A DNA stretch of 64,000 nucleotides. It comes from Tetramitus jugosus. Lineage: Eukaryota > Protista > Heterolobosea. A program made the translations under genes and the position numbers. The stretch is taken from NCBI GenBank assembly GCA_937625935.1, contig OW569378.1, positions 1 through 64,000 on the forward strand, read 5' to 3'. The notes under the pieces were generated by a model, which saw only the letters and a list, made by a program, of their open reading frames with translations, was not told the origin of the DNA and did no database searches. This document shows, piece by piece, positions 13,069 through 24,393 of the stretch (its first letter is position 1; every line of letters starts with the position of its first letter).

Positions 13069-13193
13069 CAGTTGAATTGAAAAGTCATAGGTAGATTTGT
13101 CAAAATGTTCATTCACTCAAATCAAAACGATATCTTGTAACTCACAGTTTTATTCTTCTTGAATCGTTTCGGTTGAGTGTCTGGGTGAGAGAT

Positions 13194-14219
13194 CTAACAA
13201 TCATCGAATGGAAAATCCCAATAATCTTTTCTTCTGGAGTCACAAGTACGTAGATGTTTGTCTAATCCACAAATCTGTTCCATATCTTCATCACTCAACT
13301 CAAAGTCGAAAATATCCAAATTTTGGCAAATTCTCTCTTCATGGACAGACTTTGGAATGGTGGACAATCCTCGCTGAATCAACCATCTGATTATGACTTG
13401 TCCAACTGTCTTGTTGTGTTTGGAGCCAATATCTCTCAACGTTTGCTTCTCAAACATGTCTTTCATTCCATTTCCAAATGGTGAATAAGCTGTTACGTGA
13501 ATACCGTATCCTTCACAAATTCTCTGCATATCCTTTCTGACAAACATTGGATGAACTTCAACTTGATTAATCACAGGTTTAATCTTGGCGTAAGAGAGCA
13601 GATCAAAAAGATTGGATGGCTCAAAGTTGGATACACCAATCGATCTGACCTTGCCTTGTTGTACGAACTCCTCCATCGTCTGCCATGTCTTGTACAATGG
13701 ACAATAAGAAAGTTTGAGTAAACCATTTTCATCTTTTGGAATGCCAAGTTTCTGATTCTCTCTGTACTCGAGTGCTAAAGGCCAATGAAGAAGGAACAGA
13801 TCCAAGAAGTCCAACTTTAGATCCTTAAGAGTTTGTTCAAGTGCTTCTCTTGCCCTGTCAGGTTCGAAACAAGTAATCCAAAGCTTGCTTGTAATCCACA
13901 ATTCTTCTCTTTTGATTCCAAATTCCTTCATTCCATCTGTTAAAGCTCTTCCAACAACACTCTGATTTCCATAAGCCATTGCGCAGTCTATGTGTCTGTA
14001 TCCTGCTTTCAAAGCATTTTTAACTGCATTGTACACTTTATCTTCTGAAGATTTCCATGTGCCCATACCAAGAGCTGGTATCTTTAATCCATTGTTCAAT
14101 GTATAGGTCTTTGATAATCCCTTGACCAACGAGGATGATGTAGATCCTTTCAATTTTTCTCTTGTCTGACTTGACAAATCCTTGCTCCCTTGTTGGACAG
14201 TGCTCTCTTGTTCTACCAT
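13194..14219 (-). CDS. Aldo/keto reductase
   Basis: GMGTW, GYRHIDCA.AY, ITSKLW, LFLLHWP, IGVSNF, IPKS motifs. Confidence 0.97.
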   Translation of the reverse strand: MVEQESTVQQGSKDLSSQTREKLKGSTSSSLVKGLSKTYTLNNGLKIPALGMGTWKSSEDKVYNAVKNALKAGYRHIDCAMAYGNQSVVGRALTDGMKEFGIKREELWITSKLWITCFEPDRAREALEQTLKDLKLDFLDLFLLHWPLALEYRENQKLGIPKDENGLLKLSYCPLYKTWQTMEEFVQQGKVRSIGVSNFEPSNLFDLLSYAKIKPVINQVEVHPMFVRKDMQRICEGYGIHVTAYSPFGNGMKDMFEKQTLRDIGSKHNKTVGQVIIRWLIQRGLSTIPKSVHEERICQNLDIFDFELSDEDMEQICGLDKHLRTCDSRRKDYWDFPFDDC

Positions 14220-14338
14220 TTTTTATTGGATCAAATTGTTTTATGTGTGATCAACTCAGATCTGATCTCGCTCTCATAACTTCTAAAAATCCAACAAAAA
14301 ATACATCCATTTCCTCTTTATTAATAACGAACGCATCC

Positions 14339-16540
14339 TCAATGATAAGGACAGCCTCCAGGACCGGGAACTCTTTTGGTAACGCCTCCTTTGGGTGCTC
14401 TCCCACCTCCAGGAATAAATTGACCTCCTTTGAAAAATTTTTCAGTGCATGTACATCCTCCACTGCTGGATTGACGTTGTGGTTGGCTCACTGATCCATA
14501 AGAGGAAACGAAAAGTCCTCCTTTAGGTGCTCTGCCACCTCCTGGAATGAATTGTCCACCCTTGTAGAATCTACGGTCGTCATCTTCCGCTTCCTCTTCT
14601 AATCTCCTCTGGTATTCTCGTTGTTCTTGAAGTCTTCTTTGATTCTCTCTGCGCTCCCTTTCCTCTTGTTCTTCTCTTCTCTGTTCTTCAAGTCTCCTTT
14701 GGTATTCTCTTTGTTGCTCTTGCATTCTTCTTTGAGCTTGCAACTGTCTTTGTTCTTCGAGCTTTCTTTGCGAAGATGCCCACTCAGCTTCACTATCATC
14801 ATCATCATCCTCATCCTCGTAGTCACTATTATAACTTTGGTATTGTTTTCTTATTGGCTCTTGCTTCACATTGATCTGTTTTGCCATTTCCATAAGTTTG
14901 TTTCTATATTCTTCTTGTCTGACCTCTTCCTGCTGTCTGGCCCAATTTTCTTTCTCTCTGATCCATTCTTCTTTCTGTCTGATCTGTTCTTCCTCTTGTC
15001 GCTTCAACTTCTCCTCATTTTGTCTCTGCATTTCTCTCATCTCTTCCATTTTCAATTCTGCTTGCTTCTTTTCTTCTGCTGCTCTTTCCTTTTCGAGTTG
15101 AAGTTCTGCCTCCTTCTCCTGAATCTTAAGGCGTTCCAAATGAAGATTCAAATCCTTCTCATACTCTTTTTCTATGTTGTCCCAAGCCTTCTCCTTACCT
15201 ATCCCAATGGCAACTTGTTCATAAGCGTCATGAATCTTTTTAAAATCTGAATGTGCTTCCTCAGATGCATCTTTCCCCTTGTAGTCTGAGATTTTGGATT
15301 GGAACTCCTTATACAACTCTTGAGCCTTCTGGGAACAAAATTCAATTGATTTCTCGTTGTTCTCCTGCTCTAATTGATGATAAAATCCTTTCTCGGTTCC
15401 TTTTCCAAGGATATATTCACACAATGATTGTTGAATTGACTCGTGAATATTTGGAATGCGCTTTGCATATTGCAATGACTTACCCAAAGCCTTGGATTTT
15501 GATTCCTCGTGATGCGTCTCAAATTGTTCAACAGAAATAGGAAATTTTTCTCTTACTTCTGTCCAACTTGAATTATATTGAGTGATTCCACAATCAATAG
15601 CTTTCTTCTTCTCCACTGTACATACATTTTCAAAAGCATCTGGAACGGACAGCATTTGCTCGTTATTAAGAGCATGAACAAAAGCACTAGCAGCTTGCAC
15701 GTAACTTCTTCCTGTTAACACCACATCTTTGACTCTTTTGACATTGTTTAGTCCTTGAATATCTTGAATCACAACATCAACCTTATCAATAAACTCTTGC
15801 TTAATGAGGTGAGGTTCGTCCATCATCTTTGACAAGTTTTTAGCAGGATCATCAACTGGCATTATTAATGTTCTTAGAATCATCAATGGGAATATCTCTT
15901 TGATCAATTGTTTCACATTGTTCAGGTTGGTGATCTGTGGTGATTTTCCTTTAGAGTTTTGCAAAGCTGTATTGAGATAACCCTGCTCGTCTCCACCTTC
16001 AATCTGCAGTGCGAAATCTCTTGCGAGAAAGATAAGATTGGGAAAATAAGAATTGAAATCTTCCCCATCTTCTTCTGAATGAAGAAGTTCCGTCAATCTT
16101 GTCACAAATCCCAATTTGTCGAGAATACTCTGATCCAAAGCTCCTTGAAAGTTAATCACAAGGACAGTCGTTAACAAAATGGAAAGACAAAATAAATTCA
16201 AGTCTCTGTCTTGATCATTCTCAACGTCATACAATCCTTCAGTATCCAGGGTGAGCATTGTTGAATCTTTCATCTTTTTACCCCAAAGCCAGATTCCACG
16301 AGTTTTACCTTTGGTGGTGTGACCCAAGTCAAACCCTCCCTTCTCAACCTCCAACAGTCTATTCATCACAAAAGATTTACCTGTTCGGTATTTTCCTATG
16401 ATGCCAACTGCTGATACTTCATCCTCTATTCCCTCAAGGAGTTCTATCGCTTCATCGGCTACGCGCCATTTTTCAACACCATGTTCATCGGTGTATTGTT
16501 CAATAAAAGGGACTGGTTTTTCACTAATAAGGCTCTCCAT
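14339..16540 (-). CDS. Guanylate-binding protein (GBP/atlastin-type large GTPase) with coiled coil and C-terminal KGGQF repeats
   Basis: GKYRTGKS P-loop, TRGIWLW, LDTEG, RDF motifs. Likely start MESLISE at 16540. Confidence 0.93.
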   Translation of the reverse strand: MESLISEKPVPFIEQYTDEHGVEKWRVADEAIELLEGIEDEVSAVGIIGKYRTGKSFVMNRLLEVEKGGFDLGHTTKGKTRGIWLWGKKMKDSTMLTLDTEGLYDVENDQDRDLNLFCLSILLTTVLVINFQGALDQSILDKLGFVTRLTELLHSEEDGEDFNSYFPNLIFLARDFALQIEGGDEQGYLNTALQNSKGKSPQITNLNNVKQLIKEIFPLMILRTLIMPVDDPAKNLSKMMDEPHLIKQEFIDKVDVVIQDIQGLNNVKRVKDVVLTGRSYVQAASAFVHALNNEQMLSVPDAFENVCTVEKKKAIDCGITQYNSSWTEVREKFPISVEQFETHHEESKSKALGKSLQYAKRIPNIHESIQQSLCEYILGKGTEKGFYHQLEQENNEKSIEFCSQKAQELYKEFQSKISDYKGKDASEEAHSDFKKIHDAYEQVAIGIGKEKAWDNIEKEYEKDLNLHLERLKIQEKEAELQLEKERAAEEKKQAELKMEEMREMQRQNEEKLKRQEEEQIRQKEEWIREKENWARQQEEVRQEEYRNKLMEMAKQINVKQEPIRKQYQSYNSDYEDEDDDDDSEAEWASSQRKLEEQRQLQAQRRMQEQQREYQRRLEEQRREEQEERERRENQRRLQEQREYQRRLEEEAEDDDRRFYKGGQFIPGGGRAPKGGLFVSSYGSVSQPQRQSSSGGCTCTEKFFKGGQFIPGGGRAPKGGVTKRVPGPGGCPYH

Positions 16541-16831
16541 TTGGTGTGTAAAGTGTTTACTAACGTTTGTGTTTGTTTTTGTTGGAAGCTTGTGGGTGAA
16601 GGAGATGCTTTCTTTTATGCGCATCCCTCATGATGACGTCATGAAGGAAAATATTTCCCATTCCTTCGATCGTGTTGTAAATATTCTAATAGGTGACATG
16701 GGTACCACAAATTTGTACCTGACGTACAAATACAGGCCACCACATATGTTTGTTTTTCATGTGAAGGTGTTGGAATTTTTTTGTTCAATTTTCCCGCTTC
16801 AATCTACAGCTTCTGAACATAACAAAGAACC

Positions 16832-17570
16832 ATGAGAACAAAAAGTGTCAGACTCCCAGGGAAAGAGCTTTCAGCCTCTGAACAACTCGCTCTGGAAGCA
16901 AAGCAAATGGAGGAGAAACTTCTTCGTCTGCGGCAAGATCTGGCAAAGGATCAAGAAGATCGAAGAAGTTTGAAGTATGATCGTTTTCTTTTTTTGAACA
17001 ACAAGGTAAAAAGAACTGAACGATTTCTTGTACAGACAGGGAATTTGGAGGAGTGCTAAAACAGCTTGGAAAACAAAAGAAATCCTTTTATCTTCTCAGA
17101 AAGAAACATTGGCTTCGAATTCTAAAGTTTACACTTCGAAAAGGATAGAAAACTCTGTTTATGAAGAGTTGATACCTTCAAGAGGAAAGTACAACAATGA
17201 AAGAATGATCCAAACGCCGCCAGAAAACAAAGAAAGTATCATTCTCAGAAACAACGAACAGGAACAGCCTGACAGTGGAGGAGCTCTATGGGGAGTGTAT
17301 GACGAAAAGGAAGCTAAGAATTCATTCCAGGAAGCTCTTTCTGCTTGGAGGTCTAATCCCAATATTCAGGGATCAATTGCGGATTCTCTTCCCACAATGT
17401 CGAGTAAAACGACGGAAAATGAAATACAAACCAACTTTGACACTGTGGATCGCAAGAGACAAGTCCCAGTTCTCTCTGAGGAATTCAAGAAGAATCTGAG
17501 TGAATGTACTCGGATCACATACTTTGAACAGCTGAAACAATATCAAACAAAAGAAAATCGCAACATATGA
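16832..17570 (+). CDS. ZBBX-like protein (two exons, intron 16975-17035)
   Basis: Removing the GTATGA...TACAG intron joins the frames. Motifs QMEEKL, WRS and YDEKEAKNSFQEALSAWR resemble ZBBX conserved blocks. No B-box is visible. Confidence 0.65.
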
Positions 17571-18018
17571 TATCGAGGTGATTCTTAAGTAGAGAGGGAG
17601 TATCAGGTTTACATTCTCATTGGTAGGTACTTGTTACACTTTTCCAGACGGAGAATGGAGAGCAGTGACCTGTCGTCGGGAGTTGGTTGGATCGTTCGAA
17701 GTCTATAGGGAGGATCGAACTCTTCTAATTGCTGGGTGTATTTTCCTAGTTTCAGACGTATCATAACAAACAACAGTACAGATCAATCTTCCTTGGTCAA
17801 ACATGATTTGGTCCAGAATTATCTCTTTGATATCTCGGGTTTTTCAATGGGAGCCACCTCCTTTGTGTCACAATGGTCAATTAGGAGGTGAGTCATATGT
17901 TTTCCTGTGTCACAAGAAATCATGAACGATCGTTCGCACAAACGGCCAAACCATTGTGCAAAAATAAAAAAATCAAGATCTTCCTTGTGGTTCAAGAAAA
18001 CAAATCGAACACAACAAC

Positions 18019-18654
18019 ATGACGCGATCAACACCGACAGAGGTACCACTATTTCTTCGCTTTGGTGCCCCTGTTCTCACCTTTATCATTGTTCTTCTCG
18101 TTTACATTGTTTTTATTCCTCAAATGAGTCAATTGAATGCTTTTCAAGAGAATACGTGCACCTACAAGGATCATGGCGTGACTGAAGCAGCTGCGAATAA
18201 ATGCCTTGCCTATTCCATTTTTGTCACCTATGAACATGCTCATGACACTATGCATCAAAACGCCAAGAATGCTGGAGATCAGCTACCAACCACTCAAACG
18301 CACACTCATCGTGGAGTGATCAATGCTGTCAATTGTGAGATCAAGAGTAAGCCAGAGTTGGATCAATGGATTATTAAAAAGTATGCAAAGAAGCCATTTA
18401 CTTGCTTTGTCAATGAGATTGATCCAGAGCATCAAGTGTTTACTGAGAAGCCTTCTGGATCCAACATGATGTACACGATTTTTCTCTTGTTTGGATTGGG
18501 TGGTGGAGCCATCTTTTTGTTGAAGAGCTATGTCGATTGGACCGCCAAGCAGAAACGTGCTGGATCTAGTGGCAAGAACGACAATACAAGAGCAGCCAGT
18601 GATATCAAGTCTGCTGTCGTAGAAAAGAAGAGAAAATCCAAAAAGATTGAATAA
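18019..18654 (+). CDS. Hypothetical two-TM membrane protein
   Basis: 211-aa ORF with two hydrophobic segments flanking a Cys-containing loop and a basic tail. Confidence 0.75.
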   Translation: MTRSTPTEVPLFLRFGAPVLTFIIVLLVYIVFIPQMSQLNAFQENTCTYKDHGVTEAAANKCLAYSIFVTYEHAHDTMHQNAKNAGDQLPTTQTHTHRGVINAVNCEIKSKPELDQWIIKKYAKKPFTCFVNEIDPEHQVFTEKPSGSNMMYTIFLLFGLGGGAIFLLKSYVDWTAKQKRAGSSGKNDNTRAASDIKSAVVEKKRKSKKIE

Positions 18655-18721
18655 ACAAGTGATCGAATCTAATTGTATAAGGATGGTGATGGTTGTCAAG
18701 CACAACTAACTCCCAAAGATT

Positions 18722-19918
18722 CTATTTTAAGGGAGTTTTAGCTATGTGTTGCTCTTTTCCGTTTTGACTTGATTCTTCGTAACTCTCGTCCAGATAGAAT
18801 GTGTCTGCACTCTCGTTCATCGAGGAATTTAGGGTGGAATAAGCTCCTATCATACTGTGACTCACATGTTTTCCAATAGAAATAGAAGGACTGTGGAATC
18901 CTTCTCCTCTTAATATGATCTTTGAGTTCAGGCGAGTGTCATATGTGTACAATAAGTCCAATACAATACCCGAGTGTTTAAATGATACAATATCGATTTG
19001 AATTCCTTCGTACTCCTCGGTTGTTTGAAGGAGATCTTGCAGTTCAGAGTGCCTATCCTTCAAAACTATTCTCAAGTCGTTACTCTTGGCAATCACAGGA
19101 ATGTTCTCCTTCATCAGACAGAGGTTGTATAAAATCTGGATGGTTTTAAAGGTGAGTTCTGGATCTCTCAAGGTCAAGCACTCCTTCATCTGGGACAACA
19201 ATTCTGGAGTTCTTGCGATGAGAAATTGATTATTAGAGTTTGAAGATAGGTACACTAGAGCTTGAAGTGCATGATTCTTTGTTTCTTTTGAACGTGAATT
19301 CTTCAACAAGTGAGCTGTCCCCTTCAGAAGATTATCAGTGGAGCAAACAAGTGTTTGATTTTCAGGTGTTACGCTCACATAATCCAAACATTTTGAAGCC
19401 AAATCCTGAGTTACTTTGTCATGAGAGAATAATATCTTTGCCAATCCAGGGAGCATATTCTCGTCATTTGCTATAAAAGCATCCATGATCGGGTCCTATG
19501 ACAGCTTGATTAGCATACTTGTTCAAAGAAAGATCATTGTCAGAAGTTAACAGCTTACCTCTAATAAAACATTATTGAGAATAGCAAGTGCATGTTGTTG
19601 ACATCTTCTATGTGCATCAGTGTTCTGCTCCATGAAGAGAACAGCACAAACCGACTCTATGAAATCTTTGCACATGCAAAGTGGAGTTCTAAATCGTTTG
19701 TTATCACTCAAATTCTTCAATCCAAATGCTGCATGAACTCTCTCCTTTGATTTCCCAGATATCATTACACTCGCTAAGTCAGGAACTTTTTCCAATATTA
19801 ATTCTGCTTCCTGCTTATTGGCCATATCAGGATTAGGATGGATGATTTGATTCTTGTCATAACGAAGTGTAAGTTCGTAGAGCTTTTTAAAGCTTTGATT
19901 TCTTTCGGATTCGTTCAT
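18722..19918 (-). CDS. Armadillo-repeat protein (intron 19496-19558)
   Basis: A GTAAGC...CTAAT...ATAG 63-nt intron joins two ORFs. ARM-like helices (HALQALVYLS, ILYNLC). Confidence 0.8.
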
Positions 19919-20323
19919 GCCTACGATCTAGTTGTGTAGCTATCTGAATGATCTTTGTTTATTATTCCAAACACACAACGGCCAAATCCAATCGTAAACG
20001 AAAACTCCGGCACTGAACAACATCATTGTTGCCCTATTCAAGACCCCCTTGGTTTTGTTCTTGACATGGAGAGTTTGGTCCAACTGTTCTTGTTGTTATC
20101 AAAGTGTTGCTCTTCAGCGAAGGTTCGAGGGTCTCCAAAACAGTATCGATGAAAATGACGAACCGTTGAGCTTCCATGGGCGATCTTGGGGGAGGAATTG
20201 TATGCGGCAATTTTATTCAATACATCAATACATCACTCCCGTGAGTGTTTTTGTGGACGAATGGTCCATTTTTACGGAGCCTCCAGCTTTTATATTGCCT
20301 AATTAAAGAAATTGAATACAACT

Positions 20324-20403
20324 GGCGGAATGGCCGAGAGGTCTAAGGCGGTACGTTCAGGTCGTATTCCGAAAGGGCGTGGGTTCGAACCCCACTTCCG
20401 TCA
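20324..20403 (+). tRNA. tRNA-Leu(CAG)
   Basis: GGCGGAA/TTCCGTC acceptor stem, A-box, anticodon CAG at 20358-20360, variable arm, GGTTCGAAC, downstream T-run. Confidence 0.97.
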
Positions 20404-20568
20404 AACCTTTTGTGTCACAAAACACAGAATCCTATAAATATCATTCATCGTTTTTGATTCAGGTGGCTTATTCCCTCACAAGAATTCCTTCCAAACTTCA
20501 AGCTTTCAACTGCTTCCCAGAATCCCACCTGAGTCTTCCCAAACAACAAGACGACAACAATTTATATA

Positions 20569-21510
20569 ATGATCCACTCAACAAAGAACAAATCACAACT
20601 GGTACAAAAGGCACGTAAAACGGATAACACAAAAGTGGATGACACGACCTGGACATGTGCAGGAGATATTACCTTACAAGCCAGTATTCCCAAAGTAATC
20701 TCTGAGGTAGACGAGCAAGCAACAACAGCTCTTCGTAAGGTTTACTTCTCGTGTCCGTGTTGTGCACCCTTTCACATCATGAACAGCAAGGCCGACGGTT
20801 CCTCATTCTCCACCTCTGACTACTACATGCCTAGCTTTGCAGAGGAATGTGCCAACCTTGTCACACATCTCATACCTGCTCTCATTGCAGTCTACGCACT
20901 GTACTACATGCTAAACACGGTGGTGAATACAACCAGGGAGAAAATTTCAGCCATAGTGTTCGGTGGATCATGTATCATGCTCTTCTCTGTCTCTGCCATC
21001 TATCACAGCACAGGTTTGTTGTTTGGTTATCGAGGGCGAATGCATAAAGTGCTTCAAAAGGCAGATCACACCATGATCTACACATTTATCGCCAGTACCT
21101 ACACACCTTGGTTAGCATTAGTTGATTTCACAATCTGTCAATTGTCCCTGTCCCAAATATTTTTGGCACTGATATGGGCTATTGCGATATTTGGTCTCGT
21201 CAAGAATGTGGCCAATGTATTCCCGTCCATTCAGGGATTCGTTGTCTACTTGTTCATGGGTTGGATCTCTGTGCTCTACGCTATTCTGTTTTTCTCGTTC
21301 ATTGCAGTAGGTGCATTTGAGACAAAACTACCGATGTGGAGTCTTGTGGAACTCGTGTGTGGTGGACTGTTTTATACCTTTGGAGCATTTGTATTCTTTA
21401 GACTAGATGGTTCCATACCGTTCAGTCATGCCATTTGGCACTTGTTCACCGTAGCGGCTGCATTCATTCACTATCATGCGATTCATGTCTATATCATGGC
21501 TATGGAATAA
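20569..21510 (+). CDS. Hemolysin III / PAQR family membrane protein (MMD-like)
   Basis: EECANLVTH, SAIYH, DHTMIY...YTPW, HAIWHLF motifs. Confidence 0.93.
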   Translation: MIHSTKNKSQLVQKARKTDNTKVDDTTWTCAGDITLQASIPKVISEVDEQATTALRKVYFSCPCCAPFHIMNSKADGSSFSTSDYYMPSFAEECANLVTHLIPALIAVYALYYMLNTVVNTTREKISAIVFGGSCIMLFSVSAIYHSTGLLFGYRGRMHKVLQKADHTMIYTFIASTYTPWLALVDFTICQLSLSQIFLALIWAIAIFGLVKNVANVFPSIQGFVVYLFMGWISVLYAILFFSFIAVGAFETKLPMWSLVELVCGGLFYTFGAFVFFRLDGSIPFSHAIWHLFTVAAAFIHYHAIHVYIMAME

Positions 21511-21693
21511 CAAGAACCATTCTCCAACAAGTTGAGGACAAGTATCGATAACAATTGCAACAGAATAAGCAGTGTCATTGCAGCTGTAAATAGAAAAACC
21601 ACCGTCACATAAAATACTAATGTGGCCACAGAGATGAGATATACAATTATTCTTATCAGAGGTCTACTACTTTTCAAATCATTAAGTCAATCT

Positions 21694-22572
21694 TTATTCT
21701 TCCTCTGTCAATTCCTTCACAGAACGAATCATATTTCTCTGTATTTTACCATATCTATCATAACGCAACAACAACTTGTAGTCTGAGATGTAACTTCTTC
21801 TCCACAATTGCTTATAGGTGGCACCGAACCAGTCCTGAATTCCCCCTCTATAGTTGTACACCAGATTGTAACCAGTGACAAATGAGCTCAAGAATTGACA
21901 TGCCAACTCAGTTTCCATCTCATCTTCACTAAACATGATCAAACTCTTGCCAACATCAGGTTTCTTGACTCCATATCTTGCACGGAAATCTGCACTAGTC
22001 AATTCAAATGCGGTTGTTAGCTCAGAGAGTGGAATATTGACGGATCCTGGTATAATGTAATGTTTTGCGGTCAATCTTCCACGAACATCAATCAACACAA
22101 AGTTGGAAATCAATGGATTCATTCCCTGCAGTGTTTCAATCACTGTCTTGTCAACGACAGGTGAGATATCAGAAAAGCCAAACAACTCCAACAATTGATC
22201 CACATTTTTGAGCATTACATTGTCGTCAAATGCTTTGCGCAGTGTAGAGTTCTTTCTTGGCATGAGTTTGTCCTCATAACGGTACTCTTCATCCTCTTCT
22301 TCCTTTTTTCTTCTCATTTCTTGTGTTTGCAAGTACTCATTAACACGTTCATAGCTCTTTAGTTGATAGTTGACTGGTTCTTCATTGATCACACGCAATT
22401 GACTGTCGAGCTTTCGAACGAGTTGTTTGGAGTGTTCTCTCTGAGCTCTCGTTTCTTGTTCTTTGGCTGCTGCGAATGAAACGGAGCGCAGTGTACTGAA
22501 TGATGCTTTGCTGGTGCTGCAGTGTTGCTTCACGGCAGTTGTGGCGACTCTGTGATTCAATCGAAGAAGCAT
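21694..22572 (-). CDS. Rhodanese-like domain protein, probably mitochondrial
   Basis: LIDVR...IPGSVNIP...NYRGGIQDW motifs. Presequence-like N-terminus MLLRLNHR. Catalytic Cys not evident. Confidence 0.8.
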   Translation of the reverse strand: MLLRLNHRVATTAVKQHCSTSKASFSTLRSVSFAAAKEQETRAQREHSKQLVRKLDSQLRVINEEPVNYQLKSYERVNEYLQTQEMRRKKEEEDEEYRYEDKLMPRKNSTLRKAFDDNVMLKNVDQLLELFGFSDISPVVDKTVIETLQGMNPLISNFVLIDVRGRLTAKHYIIPGSVNIPLSELTTAFELTSADFRARYGVKKPDVGKSLIMFSEDEMETELACQFLSSFVTGYNLVYNYRGGIQDWFGATYKQLWRRSYISDYKLLLRYDRYGKIQRNMIRSVKELTEEE

Positions 22573-22728
22573 TTTTGTGTGTGGATGTTGCGTTTTTTTT
22601 CTGGCTCTTGTGGAAAAAAAGAGCATTTCGCCGAAACACAAAAAAATTTTTGTTCGGATAATTGTTGGTTGACTCCAAGGTAGGAGAATTAGTGAACAAA
22701 TCTTGAGATGGGGAATTTGTGTATTCGA

Positions 22729-24180
22729 TTAGAGGAGTTGTCTGTTGCCAAAGTATTGTATCACTGGGATCACCTTGTCAGCACAGATGCCAATAATTGG
22801 ATTGAGTTGACGCAGTCTGTTTGTTTGTTCTCCCAGTACGGCTGGTTTGCCACTTGGATTGTTCTGTGCAACAGATAATCCACTCAAGGCATAGCATGTG
22901 TGATAGTAGTCACGTCCCTTCCCTGGCTTATCTCTCATTCCACCATTGCTCAATTGACTACATAGCATCAAATATTCTTGCAATGCAGTCTGGTTGAACA
23001 GCCATTCATTGTCCAACAGTTCCAAGGATGTTTTGTTATCAGAGTCTTCCACTTGTTCTTCTTCAAATTGTACACCGCTTGATGATGAGGATTGTCCAGT
23101 CAATGTTGAATCTTCACTCTTCTTCTGTTCTTGGCTGTGATCATTGGATGCAGGTGGTGCCCATTGCAAGTAAGCAAAGATATTGACATCGAGTTCGGAT
23201 CTTTCATCCTCGGTCTTGATGGCTGACAAAAGACCTTGAATCAGAGGGAATGTACCACCCATCCAGAAAGAGTAGCAAGAATCAACCAACTTGTTGGTTC
23301 TGCCTTGGAAACCTCCCTCGAAGCTCATTTGTCTCCTTGCGCACCAATAAATCATCTCGTCCAAGTTCAATCCTTGCCAATCCTTCAACAAAACAACGGA
23401 TGCCAATCCACAGAATGCATATCCACCGTGGGCTTCATGACCAGGAAAACTTCCCACGCCTCCTTCATACGTCTGACTGCTCACAACATACTTCTTCACA
23501 CCTCTCTTCAACTCATCTGTACAAATATTCAACAGAGTTGCAACAGACAAGACAGTGTAACATCCTCTAACATCCAATTCACCATCCTTGTGCACATGAA
23601 ATCCACCAGATGCCTCATCTTTCAAACTCATATAGAATTGATACAGTTTCTCACGATCAATCACATCCAATGCACTATTCGGAACACTCGTGTACGGATG
23701 AATAATACACAGTGCATTCACCGATGCGTACGTAGGTGCCGTGTGAGACAATTGATATGGTCCTCCACCGAATCCACCAGTCTCCCTGTTTTGACACCGA
23801 TTACCCAACAAATCAACAATTCCATCAATAGTTTCAATAGGCACACGATCCAACGCATTCAACAAATCCAATGCATGAACAATCCAATAAATGAGCCATG
23901 GCTTACTAGCGTCCAATGACTCAAAACCACTTGACAGTCCCTTTAATCCATTCAACAGATAAAAAATGTGAAAATCTCTCTGAAGTTTCATATTGTAGAA
24001 ATGATGATCAGAAGCCATCAAATAATTGTTCAGGTACTTTTGAATGGTTTGTTCAGTTTCTTCTTGTTCGATGGAAGTGTCCGTATCAATGAGATCATTG
24101 GTTCTTGGAGTTCTTCTTGGCACACGTTTTGCTGGTCGTTGCTGTTGTTGTTCTTGTTGATCGTTTGTTGTGTCGCTCAT
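22729..24180 (-). CDS. FNTB: Protein farnesyltransferase beta subunit
   Basis: LDASKPWLIYW, GGFGGGP.Q.SH.APTYA, EAHGGY, RTNKLVDSCYSFW, DKPGK.RDYYHTCY. Likely start MSDTT at 24180. Confidence 0.93.
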   Translation of the reverse strand: MSDTTNDQQEQQQQRPAKRVPRRTPRTNDLIDTDTSIEQEETEQTIQKYLNNYLMASDHHFYNMKLQRDFHIFYLLNGLKGLSSGFESLDASKPWLIYWIVHALDLLNALDRVPIETIDGIVDLLGNRCQNRETGGFGGGPYQLSHTAPTYASVNALCIIHPYTSVPNSALDVIDREKLYQFYMSLKDEASGGFHVHKDGELDVRGCYTVLSVATLLNICTDELKRGVKKYVVSSQTYEGGVGSFPGHEAHGGYAFCGLASVVLLKDWQGLNLDEMIYWCARRQMSFEGGFQGRTNKLVDSCYSFWMGGTFPLIQGLLSAIKTEDERSELDVNIFAYLQWAPPASNDHSQEQKKSEDSTLTGQSSSSSGVQFEEEQVEDSDNKTSLELLDNEWLFNQTALQEYLMLCSQLSNGGMRDKPGKGRDYYHTCYALSGLSVAQNNPSGKPAVLGEQTNRLRQLNPIIGICADKVIPVIQYFGNRQLL

Positions 24181-24393
24181 TGCTTCTTTTTTTTTCTGTG
24201 TGATCTGTGTTTTGTAAATGAATTGGTTGTTCAAAAGCTTTCTCAAGCAAGTTTTTTGATGATGGGTGTGCTGCTGAGAGCTATTTTTTGACTCGTTCTT
24301 GGCGATTTCCACAAGCTTGAGTCCCTCCCAAAACAAAAAAGCTTCGACCGCCACAAACAACATCAACAATTTGATTTTCCAATCACGTAAACA

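Noticed and set aside
20240-20323. Retroelement insertion upstream of tRNA-Leu(CAG)
   Set aside because: No TSD, poly(A) or element sequence. This tRNA site is unoccupied.
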